This document shows, piece after piece, positions 1-10,455 of a stretch of DNA of 64,000 nt; positions within the stretch are counted from its first letter, which is position 1; each line of letters opens with the position of its first letter. The notes beneath the pieces were generated by a model. That model was not told the DNA's origin. It was given only the letters and a program-made list of their open reading frames with translations, and made no database searches. This stretch comes from Arcobacteraceae bacterium (GTDB taxonomy: Bacteria; Campylobacterota; Campylobacteria; Campylobacterales; Arcobacteraceae): NCBI GenBank assembly GCA_963662945.1, contig OY759974.1, positions 1,920,001-1,984,000 of the forward strand, in the 5' to 3' direction. Both the position numbers and the translations under genes were made by a program.

Positions 1-741
1 TTGATAGAAGAGTTTAAAGATAAACTTGATTCTTATCAGGAGAATAGAGACTATTTTTATAGAGATGATACTTCTAAATTATCCGTGCATTTACGATTTG
101 GATTAATATCTCCAAGACAAGTGTTTAATAAAATAAAACAATATTCACAGTCAGAATTTTTTATCAGAGAGTTATTTTGGAGAGAATTTTATAATTACAT
201 TTTATATCATTATCCAGAATCAGAATTTGAAAATTTTAATGGAAAAAATATTCCTTGGCGTTTAAGCCAAAAAGATTTTGAAGCTTGGTGTGAAGGAAAT
301 ACCGGAGTTCCTCTTATTGATGCTGCAATGCGACATTTGAACGAAACTGGAGAGATGCACAATAGACTTCGTATGATTGTTGCTTCATTTTTTACAAAAA
401 ATTTATTTTTACCATGGCAATGGGGTGAAAAGTATTTTGCACAAAAACTTCTTGATTATGAGTTGAGTAGTAATGTCGGCTCTTGGCAATGGAGTGCAAG
501 TACGGGAGCTGATAGTGTTCCTTATTTTAGAGTTTTTAATCCTTATGCTCAAAGTGAAAAGTTTGATAAAAATGGAATATTTATCAAATCAGTAATTAAA
601 GAATTTCAAGATATGTCTAGTAGTTTATTTCACAAAGAAAATAAAGTACAATCAAATCTTTTTATTGATTACCCATATTCAATAGTTGATATTAAAAAAT
701 CAAGAGAATATGCAATAGAAATTTTCAAAAAATATAATTAA
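1..741 (+). CDS. phrB: DNA photolyase/cryptochrome family, C-terminal FAD-binding domain (5' end outside window)
   Basis: TSKLSVHLRFG, FFIRELFWREFY, GNTGVPLIDAAMR, HNRLRMIVASF, LLDYELSSNVGSWQW, YFRVFNP motifs. Confidence 0.9.
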   Translation: MIEEFKDKLDSYQENRDYFYRDDTSKLSVHLRFGLISPRQVFNKIKQYSQSEFFIRELFWREFYNYILYHYPESEFENFNGKNIPWRLSQKDFEAWCEGNTGVPLIDAAMRHLNETGEMHNRLRMIVASFFTKNLFLPWQWGEKYFAQKLLDYELSSNVGSWQWSASTGADSVPYFRVFNPYAQSEKFDKNGIFIKSVIKEFQDMSSSLFHKENKVQSNLFIDYPYSIVDIKKSREYAIEIFKKYN

Positions 742-795
742 TAGGTATATAAATAATAATACTCTATAATAAAAATAAACTAGTAAGGGTGTTGA

Positions 796-3700
796 TTGTT
801 TAGAAATATATTTAAAAGTAGAGTTTTCGTTATACTTACTTTTGTATCTCTCTCCTTTTGTATATATTTACTTATTGACTATCTTAAAGATAAAGAGATA
901 CAACAATATAAAATTGAAACATATCGTGAAAAAGTTATTGAGTCAAAAGTCTATCTTAATACCCTTATAAAAGAAAAACAAAATACTACCTCTACAATAG
1001 GACTTGGATTATCTAGAAATAGTGATATTATTGACGCATTAAAAAATACCAAAATTAATCCAAAACTATTAGAAGAATATTCAAAGCGACTTAAACACAA
1101 TACAGATTTTAAAAATGTGTGGTTTCAACTAATAACAAAAGATGGTATTTCAGTACAAAGAAGTTGGACAGATTATAAAAATGATAAAATTTCACTCTCA
1201 AGAACAGATTTACAACAAGTTTTAAAAGATAAAAAACTCTTAAATACTATAAGTGTTGGAAAATATGATATGACATTTAAAGTTATAGTTCCAGTTTTTG
1301 ATATAGATAATGTAACATTCTTAGGAGTTGTAGAAGTTATTACCCATTTTAATTCAATAGCTAAAAAACTAGAAGAGAAAAAAATTGATGCGATAGTTTT
1401 AGCAGATAAAAAATATAAAACACAATTAACAAAAGCTTTCAGTAAAACATTTATAGATGATTATTATGTGGCAAATTTAGATGCAAAAACCTATTTAGTA
1501 CATTATTTTCAAAAATATGGGATGGATAAATATTTAGAAAATCTTTCCCTTGATGATTTTTATATTGATTATGAGTTACATAGTATTGTAAGTTATTTTA
1601 AAATAATGGATGACGTGAGTGGTACAGTCATAGGGCATATCCTTCTTATTCAAAGTATAGATAAAATTGATATTAGTAAAATATCATATATACAATATAT
1701 TCACAATATTTATCTTCTATTTTCAATCATAGTTTTAATTCTTATCTTTTATTTTTTTAATACTATTGAGATTAGAAATATAGATGGAAAATCATATTCG
1801 TTAAAAATATTTTTAACTATTTTTATTGTTTATATTGTATTAGCATTTAGTATATATAAATTAGTAAAAATAAAATATATTGGAGATATTGAAAATTATA
1901 AACAAACAGTTGTAAATCAAACACTTTTAGAGTATAACTCAATAGTTCAGAAAAATAAAGATATTTCAGAATTTATTTTTCTAGAGTTATTAAATACTGA
2001 TAAAGTAAAAGAATTGCTCAAAGCAAGAAAGCGAGAAGAACTTTATAACTTATTGTTGGATAAATACAAAGCATTGACAATCAAATATAACTTAAGACAG
2101 TTACATTTTCATTTACCTGATTCTACAAGTTTTTTACGTATGCATAAACCAAACATTTATGGGGACAGTTTACTTGGGGTTCGTCAAAGTGTTGAATATG
2201 TTAATGTAAACTATAAACCATTTTTTGGTTTTGAAGAGGGGAGAGTTTATAATGGTTTTAGATATGTTTTCCCTCTTTTTGATAAGCAAAATACTTGTAT
2301 AGGAAGTGTAGAGAGTAGTTTTGATATTAAAACTTTTGTTGATAACTATATGAATCTATTTGAAACAAAAAGAGTAAATTTTTTAATTAGTCAAAAAATT
2401 GTAGAGGATAAAGTTTTTAAAAGTCAACAATCTAATTATATCAAAAGTCCAGTAAAAGGTTTTTACTTTGATAGGCTTATTATAGAAAAACTTGAAACTT
2501 CTACATCAAGAATTATGCAACACAAAGCAAATCAAGAAGTCTTTGATGAGATTGCTTATAAAATTTATCAAGGTAGTCCTTTTACAGTTCATTTTAGTAA
2601 TGTAGATGAACTTACAGTGGTAATTCCAATTATTAATAAAATTAGTGGAGAAGTTGTTGGTTCTTTAAATGTTTCAAAAAGTGATAGATTTATAAAAAAT
2701 AGACTTCAAGAGTTTACTCAACTTATAGTGATAATTTTAATAGTCCTTGGCTTTATAATGTTTTTTATATATAGAGAATATTTATCAAAAATGAAAGCAA
2801 AAATAGAGTCAAAAAACAATCAGAAAATTTTAGACTCTCAAAATTCATTTATAGTTATTACTGATGGTATATCGATAAAAAGGGTAAATAATACATTTTT
2901 GGAATTTTTTGGTTATGAAACTCTTGATGATTTTAGAGAAAAACATGATTGTATTTGTGATTTCTTTCTCAATGAAAAAGGGAAAAATTATCTACAAAAA
3001 AACATGGGAGAGTTGACTTGGTTTGAGTATATGGAACAAAATCAAGGTATGACATTTCAAGTTAAAATAGATGATAAACAACAACAATCTCATATATTTT
3101 ATATTGAATTTGATATGCAACATAAAATATATGATGATAATTTTATTTTAACATTTATAGATATTACACACTTAAAAAATGTAGAAAATCAGCTTTTATA
3201 TGCTGAAAAAATGGCATCATTGGGAAATATGATTGGGAATATTGCTCATCAGTGGAGACAGCCATTGTCTATAATCTCTACTTGTGCAAGTGGAGTGCAT
3301 ATGAAACAACAATACGGATTGTTACAAGAAGGTGATATTGAAAAGAATATGGATTATATTGTACAAAATACACAATATTTATCTGAGACTATTGATACAT
3401 TTAGAGATTTTATTAAAGATAATGACAATAAGGAATTTACACTTGTAAATATAAATGAAGCTATTAATTCAGTATTAAAAATTATGGAAGCTACATTAAA
3501 AAATAATTATATAGAAGTTATTTTTGATGCTCAAGATGATTTTGAAAAATATATGGCAAAAGGTGAATTTACTCAAGTAATTACAAATTTGATTAATAAT
3601 GCAAAAGATGTATTAAAAGAGAGAAAAATTGCCAATCCTCAGATTTATATAATGACTCAAAAAAATAATAGCGATATATTGATAACAGTTGAAGATAATG

Positions 3701-3912
3701 CTGGAGGAATTGATGAGAGTATTATAGATAATATCTTTGAACCATATTTTACAACTAAACACAAAAGTATGGGTACAGGTCTTGGACTGTATATTTGTCA
3801 TAAAATTATAGTAGAGAGTTTTGAAGGTGATTTAACTGTTCAAAATACAGTAAAAGGTGCGCAGTTTTCTATTAGATTACCAATTGATAATATAAATAAG
3901 AATTATAAGTGA
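796..3912 (+). CDS. Sensor histidine kinase with two periplasmic Cache-like domains, PAS-like domain, HisKA/HATPase
   Basis: Four hydrophobic segments; FLRMHKP..GD Cache motif; IAHQWRQP H-box; NLINNAKD, EDNAGG, GTGLGL; TTG start after AAGGG. Confidence 0.85.
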   Translation: MFRNIFKSRVFVILTFVSLSFCIYLLIDYLKDKEIQQYKIETYREKVIESKVYLNTLIKEKQNTTSTIGLGLSRNSDIIDALKNTKINPKLLEEYSKRLKHNTDFKNVWFQLITKDGISVQRSWTDYKNDKISLSRTDLQQVLKDKKLLNTISVGKYDMTFKVIVPVFDIDNVTFLGVVEVITHFNSIAKKLEEKKIDAIVLADKKYKTQLTKAFSKTFIDDYYVANLDAKTYLVHYFQKYGMDKYLENLSLDDFYIDYELHSIVSYFKIMDDVSGTVIGHILLIQSIDKIDISKISYIQYIHNIYLLFSIIVLILIFYFFNTIEIRNIDGKSYSLKIFLTIFIVYIVLAFSIYKLVKIKYIGDIENYKQTVVNQTLLEYNSIVQKNKDISEFIFLELLNTDKVKELLKARKREELYNLLLDKYKALTIKYNLRQLHFHLPDSTSFLRMHKPNIYGDSLLGVRQSVEYVNVNYKPFFGFEEGRVYNGFRYVFPLFDKQNTCIGSVESSFDIKTFVDNYMNLFETKRVNFLISQKIVEDKVFKSQQSNYIKSPVKGFYFDRLIIEKLETSTSRIMQHKANQEVFDEIAYKIYQGSPFTVHFSNVDELTVVIPIINKISGEVVGSLNVSKSDRFIKNRLQEFTQLIVIILIVLGFIMFFIYREYLSKMKAKIESKNNQKILDSQNSFIVITDGISIKRVNNTFLEFFGYETLDDFREKHDCICDFFLNEKGKNYLQKNMGELTWFEYMEQNQGMTFQVKIDDKQQQSHIFYIEFDMQHKIYDDNFILTFIDITHLKNVENQLLYAEKMASLGNMIGNIAHQWRQPLSIISTCASGVHMKQQYGLLQEGDIEKNMDYIVQNTQYLSETIDTFRDFIKDNDNKEFTLVNINEAINSVLKIMEATLKNNYIEVIFDAQDDFEKYMAKGEFTQVITNLINNAKDVLKERKIANPQIYIMTQKNNSDILITVEDNAGGIDESIIDNIFEPYFTTKHKSMGTGLGLYICHKIIVESFEGDLTVQNTVKGAQFSIRLPIDNINKNYK

Positions 3913-3955
3913 TAATTTAGATTATCTAAGATAACATTATGTTTTATAGGAGAAT

Positions 3956-4747
3956 ATGATGTTTAGATTTATGAAAGCTTATTTGATTTTGTTATTTTTA
4001 GGAACAACCTTATTTGCACAAGAATCTAAACTTGATAAGATTTTAGAAACAAAAACTTTAAAAGTATGTATTTGGCCTGAGTATTACGGTATATCATATC
4101 TTGATAAAAGAACACAAAAAACTATTGGAATTGATAGTGATTTAGCCCATGAATTGGCAAAAGACTTAGGTGTTAAATTAGAATTTATACAAAGTTCTTT
4201 TGCCAAATTGATTGATGATGTTACAACTCAAAAGTGTGATATTGCAATGTTTGCTATAGGTAATACACCAGCAAGAAGAGAAAAAATAAGATTTACAACA
4301 CCACATTTATCAAGTGATATCTATGCAATTACAACAAAAACAAATAAAAAAATTCAATCATGGGATGATATTGATAAAAAGGGAGTTGTAGTAGCTGTAG
4401 CTAAAGGAACATATCATGAACCTGTAATGAAAAAGAAACTGCATAATGCAAAATTGCTTGTTGTTGATAGTTTTCATGCTAGAGAGCAAGAGGTGCAAGC
4501 AGGGCGTGCAGATGTTTTTATGACAGATTATCCTTTTGGAAAACGAATGGTAGCTAAAACTAATTGGGCCAAACTTATTGCGCCATCAAGCACATATCAT
4601 ATGACACCTTACGCTTGGGCTATGAATTATGGCGATGATAAATTTTATAACCGTGTCGAAAAATTTATTGATGAAATTAAAAAAGATGGCCGTCTTTTAA
4701 AAGCAGCACAGAGCAATGGTCTTGAACCAATAGTAAAATTAAAATAA
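3956..4747 (+). CDS. Family 3 (amino-acid type) periplasmic solute-binding protein
   Basis: Signal peptide; GIDSDLAHELAKDLGVK, TPARREKIRFT, AGRADVFMTD; start may be a few codons later. Confidence 0.85.
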   Translation: MMFRFMKAYLILLFLGTTLFAQESKLDKILETKTLKVCIWPEYYGISYLDKRTQKTIGIDSDLAHELAKDLGVKLEFIQSSFAKLIDDVTTQKCDIAMFAIGNTPARREKIRFTTPHLSSDIYAITTKTNKKIQSWDDIDKKGVVVAVAKGTYHEPVMKKKLHNAKLLVVDSFHAREQEVQAGRADVFMTDYPFGKRMVAKTNWAKLIAPSSTYHMTPYAWAMNYGDDKFYNRVEKFIDEIKKDGRLLKAAQSNGLEPIVKLK

Positions 4748-4760
4748 AAGTTAAAAAAGT

Positions 4761-7166
4761 TTGAAGAGTATCTATAAAATTGTATTAATTTCTTTCTTTA
4801 TTGTTTCAATAATCTTGGGAAGTATTCTTATTTCAATGAATATACTCAAAAGTGAAGCTATAAAAAGTCACATAAAAATTGCAAATTTATATTCAAATAT
4901 TTTTGCAGAACAGCTAACGCAAACTTTTAATAATATTGAACATATTGCAAGTGGATTAACTATATTTTTAGATGATGCAAATCCTCTTCTTTTAGAAGAA
5001 AAATTTAATGATATTTTATCTACAAATCCATATATTCGTTCTTTGAATATAGTTGATAAAAATAATCTGATTATTCAAAGCTCAAATAGTATAAATATTG
5101 GTCATTATGTGAATAGTAGTAACTATTATCCAATACCTGTCTTTGACAAATATATTTTACGATTTGGAGATTTAAAATATGGCAGAGATATTGGACAAGG
5201 TGACACTCAATTAATATATATTCCAATAAGTAAAATTGTAGGAACACCTAAAGGGGAATATACAATAATCATTACAATAAATATTGATAATTTTGTTAAT
5301 AGATATATTGATTCAATAGCTCAAAAATTAGATCATATTGATATAATACGTGTAGATGGGAAGTTGCTATTCTCTACTAGAGAAAATCATCAATTCAATA
5401 GTAACGTGATTCAAACAGAACTCTATAAACAGTCTGTAGAAAAAAGTTTTGCTGCGGGTGAAGAGTATATAGGCAAAAATCATTACTTAACATCTTATCA
5501 GTTATCTGAACTATATCCTTTAAATGTTGCTATTAAACTAGATTATGAACAAAGTTTACATGAATGGGAGAAAAAAAGAGAAATTATTTTGCTTTTGTTA
5601 GCTGTGTTGATATTTTTATGTACAGTATTAATTATAGCACTTATTCTTAAATATGATAAATCAAAAAATGAAGAGTTAGCTTTCCAAAAAGAAAAAAATC
5701 AAAGTAGAAAAAGATTTCAGATGATCTTTGAACAAAATAATTTTTTAGTAGCTATTTTAAAAGTTGATGGCACTATTTTACAGTTAAATAATAAGTCTTT
5801 AGAATTTTTAAAAGAAAATAATAATGAGATAATTGGTTCTAAATTTTACAAGTTGTCTTGTTGGAATGAAGAAAATGCAACTTGGTTTGAAGAGAATATT
5901 TTTGTAGATAAAAATATTAATGTTGTGAAAAAAGAGTTAATAGCAAAAGATAAAAATGATGAAGAACATTATCTTGATATAGTAATTAGTCCAATAGAAT
6001 ATGATGGGAATATTGAACTTGTAATTATGGGAACCGATATAACCGAAGATAAAATTAAAGAAGATAAACTAAAAAATGCTTATACTGTTTTTGACAATAC
6101 AAATGATGGTATTCTTATTACAGATAAAAATGTAAAAATAGTAGATGTAAATAAAGCATTTACCAAAAATACAGGATATACACTTGAAGATGTAGTTGGC
6201 AAAAATCCTAATATATTAAAATCACAACGACATGATAATGATTTTTATAACAAAATGTGGGATGCATTAGAAAAAGATAATTTTTGGCATGGTGAAATTG
6301 TGAATAAAAATAGCGATGGTTCATTTTATGTGGAGCTACTTACTATTAATAGAATTCTTACAGAAAAAGGTGAAGTAAAAAACTATATAGCAGTTTTTAC
6401 AAATATTACTCAACAAAAAAAACAAGAAAAGCTTTTAAAAGAAAAAGAACAAATATTGTTTCAACAATCAAAAATGGCAGCAATGGGTGAGATGTTAGAA
6501 AATATTGCTCATCAATGGAGACAACCATTATCTGTAATCTCAACAGCAGCAAGTGGTATTCAAATGCAAAAAGAGTTTAAAATACTCGATGAAAAAGCAA
6601 TGGATGATACTTTAAAACTTATAGTTACTACAACAGCTCATTTGTCTAGTACAATAGATGATTTTAGAAACTTTTTTAAACAAGATAAAGAGAAAATGGA
6701 GTTTGCATTAGCAAAAGCAGTTGAAAGGTCTCTGAACATTGTAAAATCAAAATTTAACAATCGAAGTATTGTGATAGAAACAGAACTTGAAGATATAATT
6801 GTTGTAGGATTTGAAAATGAATTAGTACAAGTTATTATGAATATTCTAAACAATGCACGTGATGTTTTAGAAAAAAAAGAGATTAATGATAGAGTAATTA
6901 TTATTAAAAGTTTTGTTAAAAATAATCAAGCATTTTTAACTATTCAAGATAGTGGTGGAGGTATACTTGAAGAGATTATTGATAAAGTTTTTGAACCATA
7001 CTTTACCACAAAGCATCAAGCACAAGGTACTGGAATAGGGCTTTATATGTCTGCTGAGATAATAACAAAACATATGGATGGAGTTTTAAGTGTAGAAAAT
7101 AAAATATTCCATTACAAAGATAAAAAATATAAAGGTGCATATTTTACTATAGCTTTACCTATTTAG
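4761..7166 (+). CDS. Sensor histidine kinase, Cache-like plus two PAS domains
   Basis: Two TM segments; VNKAFTKNTGY..EDVVGKNP PAS motif; IAHQWRQP; GTGIGL. Confidence 0.85.
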   Translation: MKSIYKIVLISFFIVSIILGSILISMNILKSEAIKSHIKIANLYSNIFAEQLTQTFNNIEHIASGLTIFLDDANPLLLEEKFNDILSTNPYIRSLNIVDKNNLIIQSSNSINIGHYVNSSNYYPIPVFDKYILRFGDLKYGRDIGQGDTQLIYIPISKIVGTPKGEYTIIITINIDNFVNRYIDSIAQKLDHIDIIRVDGKLLFSTRENHQFNSNVIQTELYKQSVEKSFAAGEEYIGKNHYLTSYQLSELYPLNVAIKLDYEQSLHEWEKKREIILLLLAVLIFLCTVLIIALILKYDKSKNEELAFQKEKNQSRKRFQMIFEQNNFLVAILKVDGTILQLNNKSLEFLKENNNEIIGSKFYKLSCWNEENATWFEENIFVDKNINVVKKELIAKDKNDEEHYLDIVISPIEYDGNIELVIMGTDITEDKIKEDKLKNAYTVFDNTNDGILITDKNVKIVDVNKAFTKNTGYTLEDVVGKNPNILKSQRHDNDFYNKMWDALEKDNFWHGEIVNKNSDGSFYVELLTINRILTEKGEVKNYIAVFTNITQQKKQEKLLKEKEQILFQQSKMAAMGEMLENIAHQWRQPLSVISTAASGIQMQKEFKILDEKAMDDTLKLIVTTTAHLSSTIDDFRNFFKQDKEKMEFALAKAVERSLNIVKSKFNNRSIVIETELEDIIVVGFENELVQVIMNILNNARDVLEKKEINDRVIIIKSFVKNNQAFLTIQDSGGGILEEIIDKVFEPYFTTKHQAQGTGIGLYMSAEIITKHMDGVLSVENKIFHYKDKKYKGAYFTIALPI

Positions 7167-7187
7167 TAAAGATACAATGTCGTAACC

Positions 7188-9434
7188 TTATGTAAGAGGT
7201 ATATTTATAATAAAGTTTGCTCCTTTGTATTTTTCATTATTATAAGTTACTGCAACATTACTTACAGTAATATTGCCTTTAAAACTTTCTTGAATAATCT
7301 TTTTACTCATATACAAACCAATACCTGTTCCATAATATTCATCTTTAGTTGTGAAATGAGCTTCAAAAACATCATGTAAAATATTTGGTTCTATTCCACC
7401 TGCATTATCTTTAATTTCTATGGTTAAGTTATTATTAGAAGTATAAGCATCTATAAATACAACTTTATTTGTATCTTGATTTTTTAATTGGTCTATGGCA
7501 TTATTAAAGATATTCATAAATACTTGAATTAGTTCATTATTGAATCCTTCTAGTTGAATTTTTGGTATATTTTTAATAATCTTTATATTTTTATTAATAA
7601 ATCTTGATGAAAGCAAAAAGATTGTTTTTTCAATAGACTCATCAATAAAAAATAAGTGTTTCTGTTTTGAGTCTTTGAAAAAATCTCTAAAATCAATTAC
7701 TGTATCATTAAGATGTTGAGTTGAAATAAGTGCTTGATTTAATGAGTTATCTAAAAACTTATCATCTAGAAGATTAAGACTTTTTTTGACTTGAATACTA
7801 CTAATAGTTGTTGAGATTACAGATAATGGTTGTCTCCATTGATGAGCAATATTTTCTAACATCTCACCCATCGCTACCATTTTTGATTGCTGTGCCAACA
7901 TTTCAGAGTTTTTCTTATTTTCAATTCTTAAATTTTCTTGTTCTGTAATATCTTGAATAGTTCCATTAATTGTGCTTAATTTATTGTCTTTGTCATATCT
8001 TCCAACTTCAAGTGTTGAAGACAGTATTAGTTCTACACCTTTTATGTGTGTGTGGAAGATAAAAGAAGTGATAGTTTTTTCTCCATTAATAATGCTAGCA
8101 ATGTTTGTCTGTACGAGTTTTTTATCTTCCTCATTAGTAATAGTTTCTAATAAGGTTTGTAAAGTATGAGGCATTGGAGTTTGTTCTAGATTTAAAATTG
8201 TTAAAAGTTTATTAGAACATGATAAGGAATTTTCTTTTACAAAATATTCGTAACTTCCTAATTTTGCGATAGTTTGTGCTTTATTGAGTTTTTTAACTTC
8301 ATCTTCCAATTGTTCTGTCAGTTGGCTATAGCTTTTTTCTAAAGCATAACCCATTTGGTAAATATCTTGTTCTAAAATATTTAATTCATTACTAAAACTA
8401 TTTGCTGATGGTTGTTTTTCATAGAGAATATTAAATTGATTATTTTTAATTTGATGTGTAATTTTTTGCATTGAAGTAATTTTATTTAAAATACCATTTA
8501 TTCTTTTTTGTAAAATAAAGTAGATAACAAATGCTATTAATAGTATGAGTAAAAAATGTTCTATTGTTTCATCTATAAATCTATTATTTAAATCAGATAA
8601 GTTATTTAAAACACATACATAAGTTAATAGTTTTCCATTAAAACCATTAATAGTAAATATATCTAAAGTATAAGTTATTTCATTTATTTTTATCAATTGT
8701 GTTTGTTTTGAAAAGTCTATTTTTTTTATTATATCTTGTGGGATTTGCATTGTTTGTTCACCAAGAACATAGTTTCCAATAATTTGTTTATCTTTTATAA
8801 AATCTTTGTAATATTTTTCCATTAAACTAGTCGTGGCTTCTTTTGAATAGAGTAAAAACACTTCATTATGGATAATATCTTTCATTGTTTGTGGGAGCCA
8901 ATCTATTTTTTTCCCCATAGAAAGTCCTCCTAGCATAGTTCCATTATTATCGACTATTGGATAAGTAGCACGAATACCAGCATAAGTTTTACACATCATT
9001 ACATGAGTACTATTTTTGAAAGAAGAGGTAACCCATTGTATATCTGTTCTTACATCAGAAGTATCTTGTCCTATACTTGCAAAATTAGAAAAATTTACAA
9101 AAGACTCAGCTGGTGGCTTAAAAAAATGTATTTCATGGACAAGTTTATCTTCTTGAACTTTTTTCCAAAAAGGATTGATATGTTGTTTGATAATTTCTGG
9201 ATTATTTTCTAGATATCCTTTTTTGATGAGTGTATCATTTGATAAAGCTAATGCTAATGTTTTAATAGTATCGCTTTGCATTTTCATTATATTATTAAAG
9301 ACCGTTTGATTTTTTGAATAAGATTCGTGTTTTGTTTCATTTACCTCTAAATAATAATGATATATTTCATAAAATGTAAAAAACAAAGTTATAAGAAGAA
9401 TAAAAAAAATTAAAAATTTATTTTTAAATGACAT
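7188..9434 (-). CDS. Sensor histidine kinase, Cache-like plus PAS-like domains
   Basis: Two TM segments; AQTIAKLGSYE PAS start; IAHQWRQP; KDNAGG; GTGIGL. Confidence 0.85.
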   Translation of the reverse strand: MSFKNKFLIFFILLITLFFTFYEIYHYYLEVNETKHESYSKNQTVFNNIMKMQSDTIKTLALALSNDTLIKKGYLENNPEIIKQHINPFWKKVQEDKLVHEIHFFKPPAESFVNFSNFASIGQDTSDVRTDIQWVTSSFKNSTHVMMCKTYAGIRATYPIVDNNGTMLGGLSMGKKIDWLPQTMKDIIHNEVFLLYSKEATTSLMEKYYKDFIKDKQIIGNYVLGEQTMQIPQDIIKKIDFSKQTQLIKINEITYTLDIFTINGFNGKLLTYVCVLNNLSDLNNRFIDETIEHFLLILLIAFVIYFILQKRINGILNKITSMQKITHQIKNNQFNILYEKQPSANSFSNELNILEQDIYQMGYALEKSYSQLTEQLEDEVKKLNKAQTIAKLGSYEYFVKENSLSCSNKLLTILNLEQTPMPHTLQTLLETITNEEDKKLVQTNIASIINGEKTITSFIFHTHIKGVELILSSTLEVGRYDKDNKLSTINGTIQDITEQENLRIENKKNSEMLAQQSKMVAMGEMLENIAHQWRQPLSVISTTISSIQVKKSLNLLDDKFLDNSLNQALISTQHLNDTVIDFRDFFKDSKQKHLFFIDESIEKTIFLLSSRFINKNIKIIKNIPKIQLEGFNNELIQVFMNIFNNAIDQLKNQDTNKVVFIDAYTSNNNLTIEIKDNAGGIEPNILHDVFEAHFTTKDEYYGTGIGLYMSKKIIQESFKGNITVSNVAVTYNNEKYKGANFIINIPLT

Positions 9435-9592
9435 GATAAATCCTTATAGAATTTTATAATAATAACTTATATAATGTTTAGATATGCTTTAATCTTTAGT
9501 CAAAGATATATAGTTCAAATTAAAAAATATTTTTTAGTTACTAAATTGTAAATTATTTGTTATAATAAATAGAAGAATACAAAGGAGATATT

Positions 9593-10453
9593 ATGGCAAA
9601 GATAGCAATAACTGGTGCAAGTGGATTTGTAGGTACAAATTTAAAAAATATATTTCACCAGAATGGTCATGATGTAATAGCTATAAAAAGAGAAGATTTA
9701 AAAGAGGTAGAAAAATTATCAAATCTTCTTGATGGTTGTGATGTAGTTGTCAACTTAGCGGGTGCAAATATTATTGGTCGTTGGAGTGAAGAGTATAAAA
9801 ATCTTTTGTATAGTAGTAGAATTGGAACAACGAGACATCTTTTTAAAGCTATAGAAAAAACAAAACATAAACCAAAACTTTTTATCTCTACGAGTGCTGT
9901 TGGTATTTATGACAATCAAGCTGTGTATGATGAAGAAAATTATCATTATGGTGAAGACTTTTTGGCAAATCTCTGTAAAGATTGGGAAAATGAAGCTTTA
10001 AAAGTTCAAAATCTTGGTGTTCGAACGGTTATCTTTAGATTTGGTATTGTATTGGGTGATGGTGGTGCATTAGCTAAAATGTTATTGCCTTTTAAATTAG
10101 GACTTGGTGGAACAATAGGAAATGGGAAACAAGCATTTTCATTTATCCATATTGAAGATTTAAAAAATGCTTTTGAATTTGCTCTTGAAAATGAGAGTTT
10201 AGAGGGTATTTATAATATGACAGCACCTACACCTACTACAAATTATGGTTTAACAAAAGCATTAGGCAATTCTCTTCATAGACCAACACTATTACCTGTA
10301 CCTACTTTTGTACTTGATTTGATTTTTAGTGAAGGTTCTAAAGTTTTAACAGATGGGCAAAGTGTTATTCCTAAAAGATTACAAGAGGCTGGATTTGAGT
10401 TTCAATTTAAAACTATAGAAGATGCTATTGAAAATTTAGTACATAATATGTAA
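9593..10453 (+). CDS. TIGR01777/YfcH-family NAD-dependent epimerase-like oxidoreductase
   Basis: TGASGFVG, VVNLAG, GGALAKMLLPFKLGLGG, GFEFQF; RBS AAGGAG. Confidence 0.9.
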   Translation: MAKIAITGASGFVGTNLKNIFHQNGHDVIAIKREDLKEVEKLSNLLDGCDVVVNLAGANIIGRWSEEYKNLLYSSRIGTTRHLFKAIEKTKHKPKLFISTSAVGIYDNQAVYDEENYHYGEDFLANLCKDWENEALKVQNLGVRTVIFRFGIVLGDGGALAKMLLPFKLGLGGTIGNGKQAFSFIHIEDLKNAFEFALENESLEGIYNMTAPTPTTNYGLTKALGNSLHRPTLLPVPTFVLDLIFSEGSKVLTDGQSVIPKRLQEAGFEFQFKTIEDAIENLVHNM

Positions 10454-10455
10454 GT

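Noticed and set aside
9492-9545. Short palindromes ATCTTT-agtc-AAAGAT and TTTAGT-t-ACTAAA in a divergent promoter region
   Set aside because: 6-bp AT-rich arms are expected by chance at this composition
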